Source: Candidatus Thalassarchaeaceae archaeon (GTDB taxonomy: Archaea > Thermoplasmatota > Poseidoniia > Poseidoniales > Thalassarchaeaceae). Taken from it: 64,000 nucleotides of DNA. Positions 1 to 10,508 of this stretch are shown in pieces. The stretch spans positions 397,034 to 461,033 of the forward strand of contig JBJLBO010000005.1 in NCBI GenBank assembly GCA_045568115.1, in the 5' to 3' direction. The first letter of the stretch is position 1. Every line of letters begins with the position of its first letter. The position numbers and the translations under genes are program-made. The notes under the pieces were generated by a model. The model made no database searches. It saw only the letters and a program-made list of their open reading frames with translations, and was not told where the DNA came from.

Positions 1-2
1 GT

Positions 3-1838
3 GAGTGGCCAGAACCTAGAACCATAGAAGGAAAGAAAACTCGTAAACTTCAGGCCGTTCTTGACGATACTGTAGATGCCGGAGGGCAAATTCTAATCTT
101 CGTTAACTCCCGTGCATCGGCTCAAAAAGAAGCCCGAGAATTGGCTAAACATGTTGACAAAGGAGTCAAGCAAAACTCTTCTAGATACAGCAATAGTATG
201 GCAGAAGAATGGGATTCTATAGCCCAAAACTTGACTCAAAGAGAAAACATGTCGGCTATGGGAAGAGCATTGGCTAATTCGGTAAAAGGAGGTGTTGCCT
301 TTCATCACGCGGGATTGACTTCTGCACAGCGGAAAACCATAGAAGATTCATTCAGAAACGGCACACTTCTAGCTATTGTTGCTACACCGACTCTTGCACA
401 AGGTGTCAACTTGCCCGCACGAAGAGTGATTGTCAGAGATTATCGAAGATGGAGCAGTGTGGCAGGAGGATCAATGCCCGTTCCAGTGATGGAAATAAGG
501 CAAATGTTGGGAAGAGCAGGACGGCCAAAGTACGACAATGCTGGGGATGCTTGGATTATTGCGAAGGATAACGATGAGGAACTGAATCTCGTAGATAGAT
601 ATCTTTTGAGTGATGCCGAGGTTGTCACATCTAAACTTGCTAATCCTTCTGCTTTGAGGCCCGAAGAGGATCCTGCTCTTCTGACTCATATATTGTCAAT
701 TATTGCTACGAGTGGAATTAGAGATAGAGACGCACTGAGTGGGTTCTTTGGAGAAACATTTCTCGCTACTCAAATTGAAAGTGATACGCTAGAATCGAGA
801 ATAGATGACGTAGTCAGTTGGTTAACAATAAATGAAATGATAACTAGAATGGGGGAATCTAAAGAGGTTCTAGACCGAATAAAAAATCGGCAAAATAAAT
901 CACCGAGAGAGGAGGAGAATTGGCAAGATGAAATGCCTACTTGGGCAAAAACTAGTAGTTCAATACCTGGACTTGAGATTACTGAGAAAAAAGAAATCTC
1001 CTCAACATCACTCGCCCCTCGTAAAGGGCCAGCTATCTTCGGATTTAGAAAGGCAAGTCTGCAAACTGAACGTGAGGAATCTTTACCAGATTCAGCAGCG
1101 ATGACCTATGAGGCTACTGCGCTTGGACAGCGAGTTGCAAGATTGTACCTCAATCCAATCTCAGGAAGAATAATCCAAGATGGATTGAAAGTAGCTATGA
1201 ATGTAATGAGAGGCGTTGACGACATTCATCAGATATCTCCTCTAGGTCTTCTTCACCTAGCGGCCTGTACACCTGATTTCATAGCATTGTGGCCTCGGAA
1301 AGAAGAATGGGACCAAATTAATTCTGCAATTCATAATCATGAAAGAGAATTCCTTGCTGAACCTGTTGATTCGGACCAGGAAAGAAGGATGAAGGGTGTA
1401 CTAGTACTCCAAGAATGGATTGAAGAGACAAAGATGGATGACCTTGAGAATCGCTGGAATGTACAACCCGGCGATTTGCGAAGTAGAGTTGATCTAGCAG
1501 AGTGGTTACTGTTCGCAATGCGTGAAATTCTCTCGGAAGATGAAGAACAGCGTTATCTTGATCCAGAAGGTCATCGAAATTTGGTTGATGCGATTAGTGA
1601 ACTACATCGCCGCGTAAGATATGGATGTAGATCAGAACTACTAGGATTAGTGACAATTAGAGGTGTGGGCAGAACTAGAGCAAGAGAAATGGTGAATCTA
1701 CTAGGTGTTGAAACGGCTCTAGATGTTGCTTCTCTAACTGAAAAAGATCGTTCTAAGTTAGCAGATATTCGTGGCTGGAGTCCGAAACTTGTGAGCAATA
1801 TTGTTACTGAAGCTACTAGAATTTCTCGAAGAAGGTAA
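3..1838 (+). CDS. hel308: Hel308/Ski2-like SF2 DNA helicase, 5' end outside the window
   Basis: The frame is open from nt 3 (EWPEPRT...QILIFVNSRASAQ). Motifs GVAFHHAGL, VATPTLAQGVNLPAR and QMLGRAGRP are present, with a C-terminal HhH (LVTIRGVGRTRAR). Confidence 0.92.
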   Translation, partial: EWPEPRTIEGKKTRKLQAVLDDTVDAGGQILIFVNSRASAQKEARELAKHVDKGVKQNSSRYSNSMAEEWDSIAQNLTQRENMSAMGRALANSVKGGVAFHHAGLTSAQRKTIEDSFRNGTLLAIVATPTLAQGVNLPARRVIVRDYRRWSSVAGGSMPVPVMEIRQMLGRAGRPKYDNAGDAWIIAKDNDEELNLVDRYLLSDAEVVTSKLANPSALRPEEDPALLTHILSIIATSGIRDRDALSGFFGETFLATQIESDTLESRIDDVVSWLTINEMITRMGESKEVLDRIKNRQNKSPREEENWQDEMPTWAKTSSSIPGLEITEKKEISSTSLAPRKGPAIFGFRKASLQTEREESLPDSAAMTYEATALGQRVARLYLNPISGRIIQDGLKVAMNVMRGVDDIHQISPLGLLHLAACTPDFIALWPRKEEWDQINSAIHNHEREFLAEPVDSDQERRMKGVLVLQEWIEETKMDDLENRWNVQPGDLRSRVDLAEWLLFAMREILSEDEEQRYLDPEGHRNLVDAISELHRRVRYGCRSELLGLVTIRGVGRTRAREMVNLLGVETALDVASLTEKDRSKLADIRGWSPKLVSNIVTEATRISRRR

Positions 1839-1877
1839 TGAGCGGCATAATTCATCAGTCAGAAGCCTTCGCCGGAC

Positions 1878-2453
1878 GTGGAGAAATCACATCGGGTACC
1901 GTGGTTCCCCGCCTGGGGTGTCAGGTTTCGAGAGCCAATAGATGACCCAATGGAGGTAGTTACTCTATTCAATGAATGGAGACCGAATGAACGCTGGCTT
2001 CTGATGGCTTTTGATGTCGCTGCGAGCGAAGTTCACTTGTGGACTGTCTGGCATGCACTAAGACGTAGGGAAATTTCAGAGAGTATGACTTCTAGAGCAC
2101 CAGATACTGAATTCTTGCGTATTTTATCGGGCACTCATCAAATTAGAACGGCATTTGAACGAGCGGGATTGACTAGTGGGGATGAAAAGGCTTGGATTGT
2201 CCATATTCCGGAATTGGAAATAGGGGATGGTTTTGCTAATATTGAAATTCCGAGAGACATTTACAATGATAATACCAAAGAATTCGAAAGATTACAACTA
2301 CATCTGAAGGCTTCATTGGTTGTACAAAGACCAAGACCGAGTAATGAGGGATTAGTTAGAATTGGTGTAAGGAATAATGGAGATGAAATTTCATTTGAGC
2401 ACATAGAGAATGCCTTCCTTAATCATGCTGCTATGGCTGATATGCATGGTTGA
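1878..2453 (+). CDS. cgi121: KEOPS complex subunit Cgi121-like protein
   Basis: TEFLRILSGTHQIRTAFERAG resembles the Cgi121 core (E-hhh-SG-xQI-x2-A-h-x2-G), and hel308-cgi121 adjacency is known in euryarchaea. Start codon uncertain. Confidence 0.62.
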   Translation: MEKSHRVPWFPAWGVRFREPIDDPMEVVTLFNEWRPNERWLLMAFDVAASEVHLWTVWHALRRREISESMTSRAPDTEFLRILSGTHQIRTAFERAGLTSGDEKAWIVHIPELEIGDGFANIEIPRDIYNDNTKEFERLQLHLKASLVVQRPRPSNEGLVRIGVRNNGDEISFEHIENAFLNHAAMADMHG

Positions 2454-2514
2454 ACCCTCGGGGGTCAAACTGATAGACAAGTGATTTCACCAGCAACAGA
2501 GGGATGAGGATTAG

Positions 2515-4197
2515 ATGGGATTCGTACCAGATGAGTTAGACGGTAGTTCTTGGATTGAAATCGAGCCTTATATGAATGACCTAAGGAATAGGGAACTTTC
2601 TTGCTCAAGTTGTTTGGAGACATTCATTCATGACCGATCTGCTCTTTCAGAAATCATCTCAGAAGCTAGAGCCCGACTTTACATCAATATGACTTGTCAC
2701 ACTAATGATGAGAAGATTCAGGAAGCATGGATGAACTTTGTTGAGAATGTACAACCTAAGTTGTCCGAATATAGTGATATTCTAAACAAAAGAATAGTTC
2801 AGCATCCATCGATTGATGAATTGCCAGAGCGTTATGGTATTCTAATCAAAGGACTCAAAACTGACATTGAAATTTTCCGTGAAGAAAATATTCCTCTTCA
2901 AACTAAGGTTACAAAACTTGATACAAAATATGACGAAATTTGTGGAGCTCAAATTATTGATTTTGATGGAGAAAAAAAGACAATTCCTCAGATGGCAATA
3001 TATCTTGAAAACACAGATCGCTCTGTTAGAGAGGCGGCTTGGCGTGCCGTTGCACAAAGAAGATTCGAAGATTCTGATAAATTTTCAGAAATCTTTGATG
3101 AAATGATTCAGATAAGACATCAGATAGCTACCAATGCGGGATTCGATGGGTTTCAGCAATATATGTTCGCTGCAATGCATCGATTTGATTACACAATCGA
3201 AGATTGTCTAGAATTCCATAATTCTATCGAAGTTGTATGTCAACCACTACGTCATAAGACTGATGTAGAACGAATGCAAGAACTCCAACTTAAGTCACTC
3301 CGTCCTTGGGATATGGGAGTGGATGTGAAAGGAAGAACACCTCTAAAACCATTCATTAGTGTACAAGATTTAGTCGATGGCTGCTCTAGAATGTTCCACT
3401 CAATGTCTGAAGAATTAGGAACGCTTTTTGATAAATTAGATGCGAATGATTGCTTAGACTTAGATAGCCGGCCTGGAAAGGCCCCCGGTGGTTACCAGTA
3501 TTACCTACAGAAGAGTAGGATGCCATTTATTTTCATGAACGCAGCAGGAACACAACGAAATGTTGAGACAATGATTCACGAAGCTGGACATGCATTTCAC
3601 TCGTTCTACAGCGGCCATCTGGATCTAATTCATGAGCGAAACTCGCCGATTGAATTTGCAGAGGTTGCGAGTATGTCTATGGAACTTCTAACCCACCCTC
3701 AATGGGATGAGTTCTATTCGAAAGAAGATGCAAATAGAGCAAGAAGAAACCATCTAGAAGATATCATCGCGTTCATGCCTTGGTGTGCAACAATAGACGC
3801 CTTCCAACATTGGATTTATGCAAATCCAAATCATTCCCGTGAAGAAAGAGAACAGAAGTGGCTGCAACTTGGAGAAAGATTTGGAGCAAAATTAGACCAT
3901 AGTGGCTTAGAAGACTATAGAAAATTATCATGGCAAAGACAAGGCCACCTCTTCGGAGTCCCATTTTACTATGTTGACTATGGAATAGCCCAACTAGGTG
4001 CACTTCAGATGTGGCAATATCACCGAAATGATGCGGCTGCCGCTCTGACAAAATACAAGTCTGGACTTTCTCTAGGATATACAATGGGACTTGCTGATTT
4101 ATTCAAGGCCAGCGACTTGTCACTATCCTTCAGTGAAGAGCACGTTAGAAACCTAATCGGAGAAATTGAAAACACATTAGATAAAGTTCCAATTTGA
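2515..4197 (+). CDS. pepF: M3 family oligoendopeptidase (PepF-like)
   Basis: Zinc motif HEAGH, downstream EFAEVASMSME, GKAPGGY, and HLFGVPFYYVDYGIAQLGAL. Confidence 0.92.
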   Translation: MGFVPDELDGSSWIEIEPYMNDLRNRELSCSSCLETFIHDRSALSEIISEARARLYINMTCHTNDEKIQEAWMNFVENVQPKLSEYSDILNKRIVQHPSIDELPERYGILIKGLKTDIEIFREENIPLQTKVTKLDTKYDEICGAQIIDFDGEKKTIPQMAIYLENTDRSVREAAWRAVAQRRFEDSDKFSEIFDEMIQIRHQIATNAGFDGFQQYMFAAMHRFDYTIEDCLEFHNSIEVVCQPLRHKTDVERMQELQLKSLRPWDMGVDVKGRTPLKPFISVQDLVDGCSRMFHSMSEELGTLFDKLDANDCLDLDSRPGKAPGGYQYYLQKSRMPFIFMNAAGTQRNVETMIHEAGHAFHSFYSGHLDLIHERNSPIEFAEVASMSMELLTHPQWDEFYSKEDANRARRNHLEDIIAFMPWCATIDAFQHWIYANPNHSREEREQKWLQLGERFGAKLDHSGLEDYRKLSWQRQGHLFGVPFYYVDYGIAQLGALQMWQYHRNDAAAALTKYKSGLSLGYTMGLADLFKASDLSLSFSEEHVRNLIGEIENTLDKVPI

Positions 4198-4256
4198 TTA
4201 ATAATTGAAGACAAGCAAATAGAGAAATTGATGAACTTGATTCTAAACGGAAATCC

Positions 4257-4892
4257 ATGTCAGAACACACGCTAGTACAGAAATTGATTGCAGAATTTGT
4301 TGGAACCTTCTTTTTAGCACTCACTATTTGCACTGCAGCAGTTCATGGTTCTGCAGGTGATTACGCACCTTTTGCCATTGCATCTACACTCATGGTTATG
4401 ATTTATGGTTTAGGTCATGTTTCTGGTGCTCACTTCAATCCGGCCGTAACAATTGGAATTTGGTTGAGGGGAGCATGTGATAAAGAAGAAGTAGCTCCAT
4501 ATATAGCAACCCAAATTATTGCTGGTTCTTTAGCTGCTATATCTTCATCTAATATTCTAATTACTAATCCAAAACCGGATGCTCTTGAAATGAATACCCT
4601 TTCTGCATTAGGAGCTGAATTTTTCTTTACATTTGCTCTAGTGTTTGTTATTCTAAATGTAGCCACTAACGAAGAAAATTCTGGAAACCAATACTATGGT
4701 GCTGCAATTGCGTTCGTAGTACTTTCAGGAGCACTCACAGTAGGTGGGATATCAGGAGGCTCTTTCAATCCTGCCGTTACATCTGCACTACTAGTGAGTG
4801 ATGTTCTAGAAGTAACTGATATATGGATACATTTAATCCCACAAATTACTGGAGCAGGTGTTGCAGTTTTAGCGTACAGAGCTATTGAATAG
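4257..4892 (+). CDS. Aquaporin / MIP family channel
   Basis: AEFVGTF, SGAHFNPAVT and GGSFNPAVT; six hydrophobic helices. Confidence 0.93.
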   Translation: MSEHTLVQKLIAEFVGTFFLALTICTAAVHGSAGDYAPFAIASTLMVMIYGLGHVSGAHFNPAVTIGIWLRGACDKEEVAPYIATQIIAGSLAAISSSNILITNPKPDALEMNTLSALGAEFFFTFALVFVILNVATNEENSGNQYYGAAIAFVVLSGALTVGGISGGSFNPAVTSALLVSDVLEVTDIWIHLIPQITGAGVAVLAYRAIE

Positions 4893-4925
4893 AAAGATCT
4901 TGTTCGGACCCCAAGGGCCTCAAAA

Positions 4926-5933
4926 TCAATCTTTGAGACCCTCGGCAGTCACGGTAAACACGGCCTCTCCTTCTGGAAGATTCGGGCTATCAACTAGGCG
5001 AGCAATTCTTCGCCCTCCCTTTGACTTCCTCAAATAGAGGCGGAATGTACTTGCATGACCAACAATGTGTCCTCCAATGGCCTTGGTTGGATCTCCCCAC
5101 AATGCATCTGGTCTGGACATAACTTGATTAGTAACAAGAACTAGTGCATTATGAACATCTGATAATTGCTTTAGTTCCTTCAAGTGACGATTGAGTTTTT
5201 GTTGACGGGGAGCCAACTGACCTCTCCCCACATATTCTGCACGGAAATGACTGGTGAGAGAATCTACAATTATCAATTTAACATCAATATTTTTGGATGC
5301 CCTCTTGATCTCATCAACTAGGAGCATTTGGTGTGCTGAATTGTAAGCACGAGCAACATGAATCCTGTCAAGAACCTGGATTGGATCCAAACCAACTCCC
5401 TCAGCCATTTGAGCGATTCTCTCAGGACGGAATGTATCTTCTGTATCTATGTAGAAAACCTCTCCATCAAATCCACCTTGCTCAAGAGGAAGTAATGTGT
5501 TAACAGCTAACTGATGGCCTATCTGTGTTTTTCCACTACCAAACTCACCGTATACCTCGACAATTGCTTGGGTTTCGAAGCCTCCACCTAATAATTCGTC
5601 AAGAGCAGCAGATCCGGAAGTCAGTTTCTGTACTTCACTTCGGCGTTCAAGTAGAGTGTTTCCAGAAACGAATCCACCAATATTTGCCAATTTCTTTGCT
5701 CCTTGAATTATCTTTGAGGATACTGCCTCACCAAGTTCAGCTTGTTCACCTAATTCAGTAGGGCTCATTACTGCAATTGCAAGTAATTCGTCGAATCCTG
5801 CTTCTCGTAATTTTTCTGCGGTCGCAGGTCCCACACCTGGTAAGTCCTCTATGGTTGCTTGTTGTTCATCAACATCAATCATTATCGAACCGTCGTCTTC
5901 TTCCATTTTCTCACTCGCTGTCTTTTTGGCCAT
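4926..5933 (-). CDS. radA: DNA repair and recombination protein RadA
   Basis: N-terminal HhH ([12 protein letters not shown]), Walker [39 protein letters not shown]. Confidence 0.97.
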   Translation of the reverse strand: MAKKTASEKMEEDDGSIMIDVDEQQATIEDLPGVGPATAEKLREAGFDELLAIAVMSPTELGEQAELGEAVSSKIIQGAKKLANIGGFVSGNTLLERRSEVQKLTSGSAALDELLGGGFETQAIVEVYGEFGSGKTQIGHQLAVNTLLPLEQGGFDGEVFYIDTEDTFRPERIAQMAEGVGLDPIQVLDRIHVARAYNSAHQMLLVDEIKRASKNIDVKLIIVDSLTSHFRAEYVGRGQLAPRQQKLNRHLKELKQLSDVHNALVLVTNQVMSRPDALWGDPTKAIGGHIVGHASTFRLYLRKSKGGRRIARLVDSPNLPEGEAVFTVTAEGLKD

Positions 5934-5972
5934 CTATCTCGCCTTTCCTACACCTAATCTGACTTCCTTTCG

Positions 5973-5981
5973 GTATATGAA
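5973..5981 (-). promoter_or_regulatory. Putative TATA box of radA
   Basis: TTCATATAC on the minus strand, about 40 nt upstream of the radA ATG. Confidence 0.35.
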
Positions 5982-6131
5982 GAACTGATTGACCCCCTTC
6001 ACTAGATTGAAAGTGAAATCGGCGGTCTATAAGCGAGCAGTGTGTTATTATTTCACTTTCACTTTGTAATTTTTTGTATTAAATGTAATTCTAAATTCTT
6101 CGATTTGCATTACTTATTGATTAGAGGGAAA

Positions 6132-6209
6132 TGGTAGCGAGTGGTGGATTTGAACCACCGGTCTCCGGGTTATGAGCCCGACGAGATAACCTGGCTACTC
6201 AAACTCGCT
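6132..6209 (-). tRNA. tRNA-Met(CAT), initiator
   Basis: Cloverleaf AGCGAGT...TCGGG-CTCATAA-CCCGG...GGTGG-TTCAAAT-CCACC-ACTCGCT-ACCA. A1:U72 pair, three G-C pairs in the anticodon stem, CCA encoded. Confidence 0.96.
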
Positions 6210-6320
6210 AGCCATCCCTGAGGCATCGGTTATTTGAACAGCGCGGGATAACAGAATCACTATGAGTTTCAAAGCAGAACAGTCTTGAGCAGTCTGCTAC
6301 CCGGCAGAAAGGGAGCGGAC

Positions 6321-7695
6321 ATGAGTAATCGAATGTTGATTCAGAATTCATCGATGGTAATCGGTGGTCGTGTTGTCGATGGTGACCTAAGAGTTGTAGG
6401 TAACACAATTAGCACAATTGCAGAAGGAGGAGGGCTTTCTGCAGATTCTGGCGAAGTCATTATTGATGCTGAAGGATTGTTCCTTTTACCAGGGGCAATT
6501 GACCCACAAGTACACTTCAGAGAACCAGGACAGCCTGAGAAAGAAGATATTGGTAGTGGAAGTCGTGCTGCCGCAGCAGGAGGAGTCACTTCTTTCTTAG
6601 ATATGCCAAATAATTTCCCTGCTGCAACCACATTGAAGGCAATGCAATCAAAGATTGATTCTGCTGCTCGTAATGCAGTAACTCATCACGGCTTCTTTAT
6701 CGGAGCAACGCCGAACAATGTCAGTGATTTGCAAGATGCAGTAGGTACTCCCGATAATCCTTCACCAACTGATGGGGTTTGTGGAATCAAGGTATTCATG
6801 GGTAGCAGTACTGGAGATCTTCTTGTTCATCAACAAAAACATCTTGAGAATATTTTTGCCAATACTGGTGGAATAATCGCAACACATGCTGAAGATGAAG
6901 ACCGACTGAATGAACGCTGGCCCGAATTCCAACATAGAACCGACATCGCTGCCCATGCCGAATGGAGGGACGATACCTGTGCGCTAATGGCAACTCAGAG
7001 AGCTTCTGCACTTGCCAAGGATCATGATCACAGATTGCACGTTCTTCATCTTACTAGTGGAATAGAAGCGGATTGGTTGGCTTCAAACAAAGGAGACCTA
7101 ATCACCACTGAAGCTTGTCCACAACACCTCACATTCGATGATACCGATGTCGAGCGAATTGGTACTCGGCTGAAGATGAACCCTCCTATTCGCTACTCGC
7201 ACGATCGTGACACTTTGTGGAAGCGACTGAAAGATGGAACGATTGATTGTATCGCCACCGATCACGCTCCACACACACTAGAAAACAAAAACCTAGGATT
7301 CCCAAAGGCACACTCGGGAATGCCAGGTGTTGAAACATCTCTACCATGCATGCTAACACATGCTTCAGAAGGCATGTGCTCAGTCACAGATGTTGCTCGC
7401 TGGATGTGTGAAGGACCAGCTAATGTCTATGGAATGGAAGGTAAAGGAAGACTCGCTGAGGGCTACGACGCTGACCTCAGTTCTAGTCGACATGGAGACA
7501 AGGCGAGTCATCCAAGATTCAGACACTTGGACTCGAGTTGGCTGGTCACCGTACGCAGGGTGCGAACTTACTGGTTGGCCAATCTATACGATCGTTGATG
7601 GTCAAGTTGTTCACCAAAGACAGAGAGATGGCCCTCTAAGAGGCACGGCCGTAGCATCCGCAGGAAGTGCAGGCCGGCCTCTAAGGTTCAGATAA
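6321..7695 (+). CDS. pyrC: Dihydroorotase (amidohydrolase family), split by a +1 frameshift near nt 7479
   Basis: IDPQVHFREPG, KVFMGSSTG, HVLHL, KMNPPIR, IATDHAPH. The expected GYDADL-VLVD continues only in the frame of ORF 7360-7695. Confidence 0.85.
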
Positions 7696-7709
7696 TCCTA
7701 AGCAATTTC

Positions 7710-10109
7710 TCAGGACCCTTCAGGATCTGTTCCATCACCCGATGGTGACTCAGATTCTTCAGAGTCGGCTACCTCGACTTCGTCATCGTAGTATTTTTCT
7801 GTAATCGCTTGGCCTGGAATCTCCAGTTCAACAATTGGTGTTAGGTCATCGGTTAGATGAACTGTAGCACCAAGAGCAGAGAAGGCATAGACATAGTCTC
7901 CCATGAAGATTGAACGGCGGATACTGGTTGTGCTACCATACCACCAATTAGACAAACCATTTTCGTTGTTGTAGAAGCTTGAATGGTTTACATCACCATG
8001 AAGAGAGAGAGTTAGATTCTCGGTATCAACCTCGATTAACTTCAGCATAGAGACATACTCGTAACCGTAGTGAGTATAGGTGACCCCGTTTTCGATTATC
8101 TCATCGTAGATGTATCTCTGAGTAGACAGAGGTACTGCGAGTAAATTGTCTGGTGCCCAGTAGGTGAATGCCTTATGCTCGTAGGTCGCTTCCGACCAGG
8201 ACCAAGACCAACCACAACTGCGCACATTTTCACAGTTCTCATCAGTATAAGCAGGGGAAATAGGCAATGTATCTGCGAGGGTAGGATTAGTTGGATCGCT
8301 AACGTCAAACAGAGATATCTGAGTCACTGACCAATCTAGGCCTAATCCGTCCTCACCGCCACCAATTCCTATGGTTAGTAATGTATTTTCATCTACTGGA
8401 TGAATGTAAGTTGACACACCAGGGATTTCTAACTCTCCTAGAATTGTTGGATTGGACGGGTCGGACAAATCAATGACCCAGAGCGGGTCCATGTTTTCGA
8501 ACGTTACAAGATATGCGCGGTCACCCATGAATCGAGCGCTCCAAATTCTCTCACCCTCGGCTATGTCTCCGATATGACCTATCTGTTGTAGTTCTGCGGA
8601 GTCATCTTCACACCCCTCAGGAATCATGCATTCAAATGCCTCAAGTGTGAACACATTGTTAGTAGGACCAGTCCAATTATCGGTATCCATCCACCATCGG
8701 CCCCACATGTCTTCAGTTGTAGCAACACGGATTACTCCAATACTCTCAGAAAGAGAAAATTGGTCTTGAACCGTTCCAGCCACACGACCTGAGGCAACAT
8801 ACGTGGTCGAACCAGCTTGGCTGATGTCGAAAGCATGGATATTTGTAGCATCCTCAAATTCTGTGTTTCTCCAGAACCACCACCAGTCATTGGCAGGCTC
8901 AGCGAGAATTAGTACATCTTGAGAAGCATAAACATGAGCCCAAGAAGATGCTATATGATCAACTTCAACTTGTATATCTTCAGAAAGCATCTCAATTGTC
9001 ATTATCGAAGTGAAGCCACGCGCAACACTGTCTGTACTGGCAGCAAACTCCGAGCAGTCATTTGAAGTGGATGAGTGTGAAATAAAACCTGCAGAGGTCA
9101 TTTCGTAAATGTGAGGAGCAAAATCATCCATTGTCAAAGAGTCGATGACTAGGAGATTATTGTTGATTGTCTCATTAAGATGAAAAGACCATGCTGCCAT
9201 CCTTGCATCCTCATCTTCAATAGACCAGTAGTCAGAAGGAAGGTCAACCCAGTATCGTAGACCGTCAAAGTTTGCATAGTTGTGAGTTACCGAACGAACA
9301 GTACCATCAACCATCCTTGCAGTGTGATAGTTTCCTTCAATGTACAACTCACGCTCTACTTGAGGATCTGCGCGGTCAGTAATATCTACAACGGTATACT
9401 TGACCAAGTTCTGAACCCGGTAGTAAGTGTAGACATTGTCTCCTTCACCCCATTGTACCTCTTCCATCAATTCTGAACGGAGAGGATCATTTTCATCGAG
9501 ACTCCAAGCGTTAATCGTTGATGCAATGACTATTCGATCTCCATCAATCATCATCTGCATTGGATAACCTTGTAGAGTTAGGTTTGACTCAAGAGTCAAT
9601 TCACCAAACTCAGGAACTCCCATGATTACCAGAAGATTTCCATTCAACATGTAGATGTGATATCCATCTGTCTTCAGGAAGTCAGCCTCATCCACACCTG
9701 CTTCCTGATTATTAGTTCCTGAGTAATCGCCTTCTCGAGAGGCTGAATTCCCGCCGTCACTTTCTGCAGCAGTTCCAGTAGCGCCGTCCTCAGCGAAAGC
9801 AATATCATCTTCCAGCCACATCCATCCGCCACCAATCCAGTGATAGTAGGATTCTTGATCTAGTCGAACCAACATTTCATTTTGTAGAGAGTCTTTGAGA
9901 TCATCCAGTAAGGTGTCGCAGTCATCATATTCTTCCAGTACAGCATTTTCACTACGAACTCGTTCCGGCAAATCGATTTGAGGATAATCACCAATTACGA
10001 TATCGATTGTATCATCAATTTCTTCCACTATATCATCAATTGCTGCTAAACAACCAGATGTCAGCATCATAGTGAGTACGAGCAAAGTCGCCGTTTGGGT
10101 TCGTTCCAT
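7710..10109 (-). CDS. Secreted beta-propeller domain protein (Beta_propel/PF09826-like), probable lipoprotein
   Basis: YSGTNNQEAGVDEADFLKTDG, GERIWSARFMGDRAYLVTF..DPLWVIDLSDP; signal peptide ending LTSGC. Start placed at MERTQ. Confidence 0.85.
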   Translation of the reverse strand: MERTQTATLLVLTMMLTSGCLAAIDDIVEEIDDTIDIVIGDYPQIDLPERVRSENAVLEEYDDCDTLLDDLKDSLQNEMLVRLDQESYYHWIGGGWMWLEDDIAFAEDGATGTAAESDGGNSASREGDYSGTNNQEAGVDEADFLKTDGYHIYMLNGNLLVIMGVPEFGELTLESNLTLQGYPMQMMIDGDRIVIASTINAWSLDENDPLRSELMEEVQWGEGDNVYTYYRVQNLVKYTVVDITDRADPQVERELYIEGNYHTARMVDGTVRSVTHNYANFDGLRYWVDLPSDYWSIEDEDARMAAWSFHLNETINNNLLVIDSLTMDDFAPHIYEMTSAGFISHSSTSNDCSEFAASTDSVARGFTSIMTIEMLSEDIQVEVDHIASSWAHVYASQDVLILAEPANDWWWFWRNTEFEDATNIHAFDISQAGSTTYVASGRVAGTVQDQFSLSESIGVIRVATTEDMWGRWWMDTDNWTGPTNNVFTLEAFECMIPEGCEDDSAELQQIGHIGDIAEGERIWSARFMGDRAYLVTFENMDPLWVIDLSDPSNPTILGELEIPGVSTYIHPVDENTLLTIGIGGGEDGLGLDWSVTQISLFDVSDPTNPTLADTLPISPAYTDENCENVRSCGWSWSWSEATYEHKAFTYWAPDNLLAVPLSTQRYIYDEIIENGVTYTHYGYEYVSMLKLIEVDTENLTLSLHGDVNHSSFYNNENGLSNWWYGSTTSIRRSIFMGDYVYAFSALGATVHLTDDLTPIVELEIPGQAITEKYYDDEVEVADSEESESPSGDGTDPEGS

Positions 10110-10171
10110 GTCTAAACCGAATGATACTCTGGATATCAATAACTTGGTAATATGATTTGACAATATTTCCC

Positions 10172-10375
10172 TTATGCATGTACGGTAATCGTTTGAAATC
10201 CGGGGTTCGGGTTGCTAAACCATGGCGTTGGAGCTGGATTTCCTGTGTCATCCTCCTCAAGTTCCTCGGCTTTCGTTTGTTCAGCTATCCCCACCTCCAG
10301 GACGGAGGCGAGACCGCCTGCCCCAACCATGAAGATCAAGGCGGCAAAGTGTATGTCCGCATTCCGGTGCATCAA
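10172..10375 (-). CDS. Small hypothetical membrane protein
   Basis: One hydrophobic stretch and an acidic C-terminus; start uncertain. Confidence 0.45.
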   Translation of the reverse strand: MMHRNADIHFAALIFMVGAGGLASVLEVGIAEQTKAEELEEDDTGNPAPTPWFSNPNPGFQTITVHA

Positions 10376-10508
10376 ACCCCTATCATCGTCATCTGCATGA
10401 TAAGTGACTTGGCTTCTTGAGTCGGCCTTGCATCATTCACAAAAATTAGTGGATTTGAATTTTTGAGTATACAAAAAATATCATAGAGAGGGGCACTCTC
10501 TCAATTGT

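Noticed and set aside
6060-6209. tRNA 3' ends (also 50781) as integration sites of a mobile element
   Set aside because: No integrase, transposase or duplicated tRNA 3' fragment was seen in the window.
6298-6318. CCGGCAGAAAGGGAGC resembling SRP RNA helix 8
   Set aside because: Imperfect match with no surrounding SRP helices; it is the pyrC ribosome-binding region.
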